This document shows positions 32,591-39,393 of a DNA stretch of 39,393 nt, piece after piece. Source of the DNA: an uncultured Ruminococcus sp. (lineage in GTDB: Bacteria; Bacillota; Clostridia; Oscillospirales; Acutalibacteraceae); the NCBI GenBank assembly GCA_937892835.1, contig CALBHM010000307.1:1-39393 (forward strand). Reading direction: 5' to 3'. The notes below the pieces were generated by a model. That model searched no databases. It was given only the letters and a program-made list of their open reading frames with translations, and had not been told where the DNA came from. A program made the translations under genes and the position numbers. Each line of letters starts with the position of its first letter. The stretch's first letter is position 1.

Positions 32591-33958
32591 TTACTTTTTA
32601 CCTTTATTTTTCGGCTTCTGTTGAAGCTCGCTGTACTTAAACATTTTCAGTTCTCGATTCTTTTTACGTCTGCGATTTGCTCTGACGTAGAGAGCGATAT
32701 ATGCGGCTATGAAAAGAACTACAAGAATAATCAAAATTTTGAATACTGTACTTGCTGTCATTCTCTTGACGGCAGCTTTAAGGTAGAGGAGCATGCTCAT
32801 ATTCGCATTCTCCGCAACAACAAGATCAACCGTTCCTATTTGACGTTCGGCAAACATAATTTTTGCTTTGCAGACTGTATCGCCTTTTTTAAACGGAGCA
32901 TCAAGAGATTCCGGCATGTCGATTGGCTCAAAGCTTACGCTTTCGGAGCCGTTGCCCTCCGGAACAAGAGCGAGAACCTCGTTTTTGGCAACTAAACGTA
33001 CACTGTCCATATCCCAACAATAGTTGACGGGAACCGTGGTAACAAACTGCGCTTCTTTAGTAACTATTTCATAGCTGAGACTGTCAAATGCCCATTCGAA
33101 CATTCTCACTGCATCGAGAATGGCCTGATTTTCAGTATCTCCGTCCTTGTCGGTGTCTTTATACGGTCCGCCAAGTGCAACTGCCATGTAGCTGTATCCG
33201 TCTCTTGAAGCTATCGAAACAATGCTTTCACCTTCTGCATTGCTTGAACCCGTTTTAATTCCGCGTGCATTTTCGTAGTAATAGTCGGGAAATCCGTAGT
33301 TTAGCATGTAGTTTGTATTGACGATTGTGCGTTCTTCGTTCTTGTTGGTTTTCTGAAGATCATATGTCAGCATTTTGACTATGGTTCCAAATACCGAATA
33401 TTTCATTGCCGCTTGTGTGATTTTAGCAATGTCGTTTGCGGTTGATTTTTGATTATTGTCGTCAAGCCCGTGGGGATTGGTAAATTTAGTTTTTGTGCAG
33501 CCGAGTTTTTTTGCGGTATCATTCATTTTTTTGACAAAATTGGCTATGCCCTTACCGTATTCATCGGCAAGCACGAGGGCGGCATCATTTCCGCTCGGAA
33601 TAAGCATGCAGCAAAGCAAGTCGTAAACGCTGATAACCTCTCCGTCCTGAAGTCCGGACATGATACATCCTGTTCCGTAAAGGCTTTCGAGAGAAGAACC
33701 GGAAACGGTGATTTTCTTGCTGAGATCCTTTTCGTTTTGCAGGACAACAAGTGCTGTCATGATTTTAGTCAGCGATGACGGATCGGCCTGTTGATCCGCA
33801 TTTTTGTCAATGATAACGGTGTTGCTGTCAAGGTTGATGAGCAAATCAATCTTTGAATAAAGCTCAACATCGCCCGTATAGTCTGCCGCAGAGACAGGCA
33901 AAATCGACGAAGTGACAATTAAAGCAACGCAACATATAAAAATTATAAATTTTTTCAT
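32591..33958 (-). CDS. D-alanyl-D-alanine carboxypeptidase (S11, PBP5/DacB-like) with a C-terminal membrane anchor
   Basis: Signal peptide, then SLTK (SxxK), SGND (SxN) and KTGS (KTG). C-terminal TM helix plus a basic tail. Start chosen at ATG 33958. Confidence 0.9.
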   Translation of the reverse strand: MKKFIIFICCVALIVTSSILPVSAADYTGDVELYSKIDLLINLDSNTVIIDKNADQQADPSSLTKIMTALVVLQNEKDLSKKITVSGSSLESLYGTGCIMSGLQDGEVISVYDLLCCMLIPSGNDAALVLADEYGKGIANFVKKMNDTAKKLGCTKTKFTNPHGLDDNNQKSTANDIAKITQAAMKYSVFGTIVKMLTYDLQKTNKNEERTIVNTNYMLNYGFPDYYYENARGIKTGSSNAEGESIVSIASRDGYSYMAVALGGPYKDTDKDGDTENQAILDAVRMFEWAFDSLSYEIVTKEAQFVTTVPVNYCWDMDSVRLVAKNEVLALVPEGNGSESVSFEPIDMPESLDAPFKKGDTVCKAKIMFAERQIGTVDLVVAENANMSMLLYLKAAVKRMTASTVFKILIILVVLFIAAYIALYVRANRRRKKNRELKMFKYSELQQKPKNKGKK

Positions 33959-34091
33959 AGACAAGACACCCGAACTTGTAGTATTATATATTATGTAATG
34001 GTTTATTACTTGAAAATATTATAACAGATTAGGCTATAAAAATAAACAAGATTTTTAAAAAATTTATCACATTTTGGGGAGTGATCTGACA

Positions 34092-34784
34092 ATGGTTTAT
34101 GTAACCGGAGATATGCACGGTGACTATGCACTCTTTTCTCAGAAAAAGTTCAAAAATATAAAAGAGGGCGACACGCTTATTGTCTGCGGAGATTTCGGAT
34201 TTATCTGGCGTGGCGACTCCAAGGAGAAGAAAATTCTCGATAAGCTCGGAAAAAAGAAATATAGAATTCTTTTTGTCGACGGAACTCATGAAAATTTTGA
34301 TTTGATTGCAAGATATCCTGTTGTCAATTTTGCCGGCGGCAAGGCGCATAAAATTCGAGATAATATTTATCATCTGATGAGAGGTCAGATTTTTGAGATC
34401 GAGGGTGAAAAATATTTTGCCATGGGCGGCGGAGAAAGTCCCGATATCGACATGAGAGTTGATCATGATACATGGTCAAGAGCCGAAATACCGACGCAGG
34501 AGGAAATGCGTGAGGGAGCGGAAAATCTTGAACGCTGCAAGTACAAGGTCGATTACATGATTACCCACGAGCCGGCGCAGAAAATCAAGAATTTTTTGCG
34601 ACTCAAGGATAATGAGCCACTCACGGTTTCGGGTCTTAATGCCTATCTTCAGGAGTTGAGTGCAAACTGTGATTTCAAGAGATGGTTCTTCGGCAGTTTG
34701 CATGAGGACAAATTTGTTTCCGCTACTCAGGTAGCTTTGTTCCAAAATCTCGTTAATGCTCAGACGGGTGAGGTAGTTTCATAA
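34092..34784 (+). CDS. Calcineurin-like metallophosphoesterase
   Basis: [14 protein letters not shown] and DGTHENF motifs. Start chosen at ATG 34092. Confidence 0.8.
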   Translation: MVYVTGDMHGDYALFSQKKFKNIKEGDTLIVCGDFGFIWRGDSKEKKILDKLGKKKYRILFVDGTHENFDLIARYPVVNFAGGKAHKIRDNIYHLMRGQIFEIEGEKYFAMGGGESPDIDMRVDHDTWSRAEIPTQEEMREGAENLERCKYKVDYMITHEPAQKIKNFLRLKDNEPLTVSGLNAYLQELSANCDFKRWFFGSLHEDKFVSATQVALFQNLVNAQTGEVVS

Positions 34785-34798
34785 CGAAAGGAAAAATC

Positions 34799-35464
34799 AT
34801 GGATATTAAGGATATACTTTCAAGGGTTGATCACACTCTGCTTTCCCAGGCGGCGACGTGGAAGGAAATTAAGCAGATTTGTGACGACGGTATAAAATAC
34901 GGTTGCGCTTCGGTTTGCATTCCTGCAAGCTATGTCAAGGAAGCTGCCGAGTATGTTGACGGAAAGATTCCTGTTTGCACGGTTATCGGTTTCCCAAATG
35001 GCTATTCGACAACAGCAGCAAAGTGCTTCGAGGCCGAGGACGCAGTAAAAAACGGCGCAGAAGAAATTGATATGGTAATCAACATCGGTGCACTCAAGGA
35101 TAAAAAATATGAGTTTACTCTCAATGAAATAAATGCGGTCAAGGCTGCATGTCACGGTAAGCTTCTTAAGGTTATTATCGAGACCTGTCTGCTGACCGAG
35201 GACGAAAAAATAAAGATGTGTGAAATCGTGTCCGAATCGGATGCAGATTTTATAAAAACATCAACCGGATTCTCGACCGCGGGCGCAACAAGAGCGGATG
35301 TTGCTCTTTTTGCTAAGCACGTTACGGGCGGCACTAAAATTAAAGCCGCAGGCGGAATTGCATCGCTTGCCGATGCCGAGGATTTCATAAAGCTAGGTGC
35401 TGATAGGCTCGGCACAAGCAGAATAGTTAAGCTTGTGAAGAATGAAGAAGCAAGCGGATATTAA
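34799..35464 (+). CDS. deoC: Deoxyribose-phosphate aldolase
   Basis: [38 protein letters not shown] and IKAAGGI. Confidence 0.92.
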   Translation: MDIKDILSRVDHTLLSQAATWKEIKQICDDGIKYGCASVCIPASYVKEAAEYVDGKIPVCTVIGFPNGYSTTAAKCFEAEDAVKNGAEEIDMVINIGALKDKKYEFTLNEINAVKAACHGKLLKVIIETCLLTEDEKIKMCEIVSESDADFIKTSTGFSTAGATRADVALFAKHVTGGTKIKAAGGIASLADAEDFIKLGADRLGTSRIVKLVKNEEASGY

Positions 35465-35503
35465 TTTTTAAACGCAGGAATTGTAAAACGAAAGGAAAAA
35501 ACT

Positions 35504-36670
35504 ATGGCGAATAATTTATATTACGGAAGAGGCAAGGACGAGGACAATAAAAAATTAATTGCTTTTCTCGATGAAGTTTTTTTTACCGATGATCCGGAGG
35601 AAAGAGATTTTTTAAATTTGCTCCCTAAATGCTACAAGGATCAATATAGACCGGCATATAATAATTTTGTCGTTCAGGATGAGAACGGTGAGTTCCGCTC
35701 CGCAATCGGCAGTTTCTATAACGACATGACGATCGGTGACGAGCAGATCAAGGCTTGCTGCATCGGCAATGTTGCCGTTGGCAAAAATTACAGATCAATG
35801 GGCTATATGATCGAGCTGATGGAACTTTCGGTCGAAGACATGAGAAAAAACGGTGTCGACGTTGCTTACCTCGGCGGTCAACGTCAGCGTTACGGTTATT
35901 TTGGGTTTGAATCGTCGGGTACTTCCTACCGTTTCAATTTCAGCCGAAGCGCATACAGGCATGCTCTTAAAGCCATGCCTTGCGGACTGGATATTGAAAA
36001 GCTTGATCCGAATGATGCGGAAAGCATTGCGAATATCGAAAAGATTTACTCAAAGCTTCCGATAAGGTCAAATCGCAAGCCGGAGAGCTGTTTTGATGTT
36101 CTTTGCTCGTGGAGAGATCGTCCGTATATTCTTAAAGATGACGGCGAATTTGTCGGCTATTTTGTATTTGATTACACAAAAAATAACATAAACGAATTCG
36201 GTGTGACCGACTCGAAATATTATCCGAATCTTGTCGCTGCGGTTATGGAAAAAACAGAGGTTCTTCACGTTGGCTTTGTCGTTGCTCCGTTTGAGACGGA
36301 AAAAATCAAGTTCTTTACCGAGAATGCGGACGGATTCAATGTTGACGGCTGCGAGATGATTCTCGTATATAATTTTGAAAAGGTTATCAGAGCTTATCTC
36401 GGTGCAAAAGCAAAGTACGCAAAGCTTTGTGACGGAGCCTTAACAGTGCTCATCCATGGCAAATACGGCGATGAAAATCTTCGTATTGAAGTGGTTGATA
36501 ATAAAGTTAAGGTCGAAAAATTTGACGGTAAGGCGGATTATGAACTGAGTCACCATGCCGCAACAAGAGCATTTTTCTCAAATCTTCCGGCAGACAGAGA
36601 GGCGTTTTCGGCTAATGCTCAGCAGTGGCTTCCGCTTCATGTTTTCCTGTTCCCATCGGATACAATGTAA
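35504..36670 (+). CDS. GNAT-family N-acetyltransferase of the Eis-like three-domain type
   Basis: CIGNVAVGKNYRSMGYMIELME (acetyl-CoA binding region), and a length of about 390 aa typical of GNAT+GNAT+SCP2-like proteins. Confidence 0.7.
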   Translation: MANNLYYGRGKDEDNKKLIAFLDEVFFTDDPEERDFLNLLPKCYKDQYRPAYNNFVVQDENGEFRSAIGSFYNDMTIGDEQIKACCIGNVAVGKNYRSMGYMIELMELSVEDMRKNGVDVAYLGGQRQRYGYFGFESSGTSYRFNFSRSAYRHALKAMPCGLDIEKLDPNDAESIANIEKIYSKLPIRSNRKPESCFDVLCSWRDRPYILKDDGEFVGYFVFDYTKNNINEFGVTDSKYYPNLVAAVMEKTEVLHVGFVVAPFETEKIKFFTENADGFNVDGCEMILVYNFEKVIRAYLGAKAKYAKLCDGALTVLIHGKYGDENLRIEVVDNKVKVEKFDGKADYELSHHAATRAFFSNLPADREAFSANAQQWLPLHVFLFPSDTM

Positions 36671-36682
36671 GGAGGAATTACA

Positions 36683-37726
36683 ATGTCAGTTAATGTTTCT
36701 TTCTTTGGAAATATGCCCGACGGAAAAGAAGTCAGGCTTTTTACAATAAAAAATTCAAACGGAATTATTCTTCAGGTGATTACGCTAGGTGCAACTCTTC
36801 AGGCACTCTATACCCCCGATAAATACGGCAGAGTTAACGACATTACTGTCGGCTTTGACAGCCTTTACGGCCATCTCAATTTCACGGATTACCAGGGCAA
36901 GGTTGTCGGCAGATATGCCAACAGAATCGCAAACGGTTCATTTATGATGAACGGCAAAAAGGTTCAGCTCACTCAGAATGAAAAGGGTAAAACCTGTCTC
37001 CATAGCGCAGGCGAATTTTCAAACGCTGTTTGGGATGCGGAGCCTGTCGGCGACAATGCAGTTGTACTTTCATACACAAGCCCGGACGGAGCGAGCGGCT
37101 TTGATGGCAAGATGGACGCAAAGGTGAAATACACCCTCACCGAGGATAACAAGGTTGAAATCGAATACAGCGCAGTCAGCGACAAGGACACGGTTATCAA
37201 CTTTACCAATCATACATATTTCAATCTCAGCGGGTCAGCAATGAGTGACGTACTCGGTCATGTGCTCAAGCTCAACGCAAAGAAGTTTACACCTACAGAT
37301 GAGGACAGCATACCGACCGGTCAGCTCCGTTCGGTTTTCAATACGCCGTTTGATTTTACAAATCCGACCTCAATCGGCAAGAGAATTCATGACAGGGATG
37401 CTCAGCTTGTAATGTGCAGAGGATATGATCACAATTTCTGTCTTGATCACGTCGATGGCGAAGCGGATGCAGTCGTTTATGAGCCTGTCAGCGGCAGACA
37501 GCTCAAGGTCTATACCGATCTTCCCGGGGTTCAGCTTTACACGGGTAACTTCCTTGACGGCACGATTATCGGCAAGGGCGGAATTCCGCTCATTCAGCAC
37601 GCAGGATTCTGCCTTGAAACGCAGTATTACCCCGATACGCCGAATCACCCCGATTTTCCGCAGTGCACATTCAAGGCCGGAGAAGAATATAAGTCAAAAA
37701 CAACATTTGAAATAAATGTATTTTAA
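36683..37726 (+). CDS. galM: Aldose 1-epimerase (galactose mutarotase)
   Basis: GRYANRIANG, LHSAG, NHTYFNL, YDHNF and ETQYYPD motifs. Confidence 0.9.
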   Translation: MSVNVSFFGNMPDGKEVRLFTIKNSNGIILQVITLGATLQALYTPDKYGRVNDITVGFDSLYGHLNFTDYQGKVVGRYANRIANGSFMMNGKKVQLTQNEKGKTCLHSAGEFSNAVWDAEPVGDNAVVLSYTSPDGASGFDGKMDAKVKYTLTEDNKVEIEYSAVSDKDTVINFTNHTYFNLSGSAMSDVLGHVLKLNAKKFTPTDEDSIPTGQLRSVFNTPFDFTNPTSIGKRIHDRDAQLVMCRGYDHNFCLDHVDGEADAVVYEPVSGRQLKVYTDLPGVQLYTGNFLDGTIIGKGGIPLIQHAGFCLETQYYPDTPNHPDFPQCTFKAGEEYKSKTTFEINVF

Positions 37727-37822
37727 AGAATATTTTTGATTAGTTCACAAAATGGACAAATTAAAAAGTATAATTAATTTAAAGACGACAATAAAGGGTC
37801 TTGTTGAAACGGAGGAATTATT

Positions 37823-38524
37823 ATGGCAACAGAAAAAATTCTCGTAGTCGATGATGACACTAACATATGCGAGCTTCTCAGACTTTATCTTGAAAAAGAG
37901 GGCTACAGCGTTACTATCGCAAACACAGGTATGCAGGCCGTGAAGCTCTTTGCCGAGCATCAGCCCGACCTCATGCTTCTTGATATCATGCTGCCCGAGC
38001 TTGACGGCTGGCAGGTTTGCCGAGAGATCAGAAAATATTCCAATAAGCCGATAATCATGCTCACTGCTAAGGGCGAGACTTTTGATAAGGTTCTCGGTCT
38101 TGAACTCGGCGCAGATGACTATATCACCAAGCCGTTTGAGGCCAAAGAGGTTCTTGCAAGAATCAAGGCGGTTCTTCGCAGAACGTCGAATGCTTCCGCT
38201 CCCGAAGCGGAAAGCAATATTAAGCAGGTTTCCTATGACAATCTTTCGATTAACCTCACAAATTATGAGCTGAGAGTTAAGGGTGAGAAAGTTGACGCTC
38301 CGCCGAAGGAGCTTGAGCTCCTTTATCATCTTGCAAGCAACCCGAACAGAGTTTTCACAAGAGATCAGCTCCTCGATGAGGTTTGGGGCTTCGATTATTA
38401 CGGCGACAGCAGAACGGTTGACGTTCATGTTAAGCGTATTCGTGAAAAGCTCGAGGGCGTTTCGGACAAATGGGAAATCAAGACCGTTTGGAGTGTCGGA
38501 TACAAATTTGAAACCAAGGACTGA
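37823..38524 (+). CDS. OmpR/PhoB-family response regulator
   Basis: ILVVDDD, LLDIMLPELDG, TAKG, KPF, and a winged-helix C-terminus (RVFTRDQLLDEVWG, GYKF). Confidence 0.92.
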   Translation: MATEKILVVDDDTNICELLRLYLEKEGYSVTIANTGMQAVKLFAEHQPDLMLLDIMLPELDGWQVCREIRKYSNKPIIMLTAKGETFDKVLGLELGADDYITKPFEAKEVLARIKAVLRRTSNASAPEAESNIKQVSYDNLSINLTNYELRVKGEKVDAPPKELELLYHLASNPNRVFTRDQLLDEVWGFDYYGDSRTVDVHVKRIREKLEGVSDKWEIKTVWSVGYKFETKD

Positions 38525-38530
38525 TGATCC

Positions 38531-39393
38531 ATGGGCAGAAGAATAAGAAAAGAACCCAAAAACAAAAAACTGTTTTATAAATATCTTTCCATTATAACCT
38601 TAGTCAGTCTGTTCAGCGTATTGATCGTTTGCTCAACATATCTCGGAATTGCTTCAAAATATCGAAATGACGAGCAGCTTTCAACGCTCGAGAGAAATAC
38701 AACGATCATTTCCAAAAATTCAGAGAAAATCCTCAGTCAGTTTTCGGGAAAATACAACAGCGGAGAGGAAGTTGACATCTCTCCGCTTTCAATGATTTGC
38801 AACACAATCAATAATATGTCGGCAGCTCTTGATGCTGATATTTTTATTATTAACATGAACGGCGAGGTTGTTGTTTGCAAGGAAATGATGAGTGACCGAT
38901 TTAGGTTTGATTCCAATGCAAAATGCGTTGTGCACGGCGGTTATAAGATTGATCAGTCGATCATCAGCCAGGCGACCGATAAGGACTACACCGAGGTTGG
39001 CAGGTTGGGCAATACTTTTGTCAGGACGCAGCTCACAGCCGCATCCCCGATCAAGATCAACAACAAAACCGTTGCGATTGTTATCGCAACGGAGAAGATA
39101 ACCGCAAGCTGGTACAGCTACGCAAAGCGTATGCTGCAAATCTTTCTTGTTGCGGTGCTGTTCTCACTGGTTCTTTCATTTATAGCGGTTTATTATCTCA
39201 GTTACAGGCTGACACGTCCGCTCAGGGATATGGCAACGGCAACGGAGCATTACGCCCAGGGTGATTTCAGCTATAAGGTTAAGGTGCGGGGGCACGACGA
39301 GGTCGCACAGCTCTCGGAGGCTTTTAACACGATGGCGATGTCGCTTTCGGCTCTCGAAAGCTCACGCAGGAGCTTTGTTGCAAATGTTTCCCA
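38531..39393 (+). CDS. Sensor histidine kinase (partial; runs off the window end, so it is absent from the ORF track)
   Basis: Own translation: MGRRIRKEPKNKKLFYKYLSIITLVSLFSVLIV... TM1, a roughly 150-aa extracytoplasmic domain, TM2, a HAMP domain (RLTRPLRDMATATEHYAQGDFSYKV...), then SFVANVS, the start of the H-box. No stop codon before 39393. Confidence 0.85.
   Translation, partial: MGRRIRKEPKNKKLFYKYLSIITLVSLFSVLIVCSTYLGIASKYRNDEQLSTLERNTTIISKNSEKILSQFSGKYNSGEEVDISPLSMICNTINNMSAALDADIFIINMNGEVVVCKEMMSDRFRFDSNAKCVVHGGYKIDQSIISQATDKDYTEVGRLGNTFVRTQLTAASPIKINNKTVAIVIATEKITASWYSYAKRMLQIFLVAVLFSLVLSFIAVYYLSYRLTRPLRDMATATEHYAQGDFSYKVKVRGHDEVAQLSEAFNTMAMSLSALESSRRSFVANVS

Noticed and set aside
32477-32995. 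172-aa plus-strand ORF
   Set aside because: It is antisense to the 3' part of the D-Ala-D-Ala carboxypeptidase gene and has no supporting signals.
37745-38428. 227-aa minus-strand ORF
   Set aside because: It is antisense to the OmpR-family response regulator.
1-39393. Searched for CRISPR arrays, tRNA/rRNA genes, IS/transposase, integrase, phage or toxin-antitoxin modules and known defence-system hallmarks
   Set aside because: None were recognisable. All long ORFs are accounted for by housekeeping, envelope, glycan-utilisation or signalling genes, and there are no terminal inverted repeats or att-like duplications.

Overview
This is a chromosomal segment from a Firmicutes/Clostridia-type genome. 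The taxon is an inference from PolC, AGGAGG-type ribosome-binding sites (RBS), gene order and protein families; it looks like a gut Oscillospiraceae/Ruminococcaceae relative. Coding density is high, and I saw no rRNA, tRNA, CRISPR array, transposase, integrase or phage genes.

Gene content, left to right:
- A truncated TetR regulator, a secreted His/Cys-motif protein, and a zinc-ribbon/DUF5067-like membrane protein.
- An atypical membrane Hanks-type kinase divergent from a small helix-turn-helix (HTH) gene.
- A GPH-family sugar symporter with a very long charged C-terminal tail, translationally coupled to a GH5 hydrolase.
- A minus-strand cobB / PNPOx-like / DUF2804 operon.
- A SEDS (FtsW/RodA) plus class B PBP pair, then a secreted acidic protein.
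- A GH89-like plus GH125 pair, a NUDIX fusion protein and a small-multidrug-export-family protein.
- The conserved core cluster pyrH-frr-(GT2 insertion)-uppS-(long repeat-containing spacer)-cdsA-dxr-rseP-ispG-polC, followed by an orphan HisI-like gene.
- A membrane protein, a small strongly signalled 75-aa gene, a D-Ala-D-Ala carboxypeptidase, a metallophosphoesterase, deoC, an Eis-like GNAT, galM, and an OmpR-type response regulator with a truncated histidine kinase.

Most noteworthy observations:
1. A three-unit tandem repeat sits in the abnormally long uppS-cdsA spacer. Each unit carries the same hairpin, and the diverged copy has compensatory substitutions.
2. The PolC has no proofreading exonuclease insertion in its PHP domain.
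3. A divergent orphan HisI-like gene is attached to polC.
4. The GPH symporter carries a roughly 300-aa Lys/Glu-rich tail.
5. The kinase has a degenerate Gly-loop, an HRDITAAN catalytic loop and an apparently leaderless start.

All family calls come from reading motifs by eye. No database search was run.
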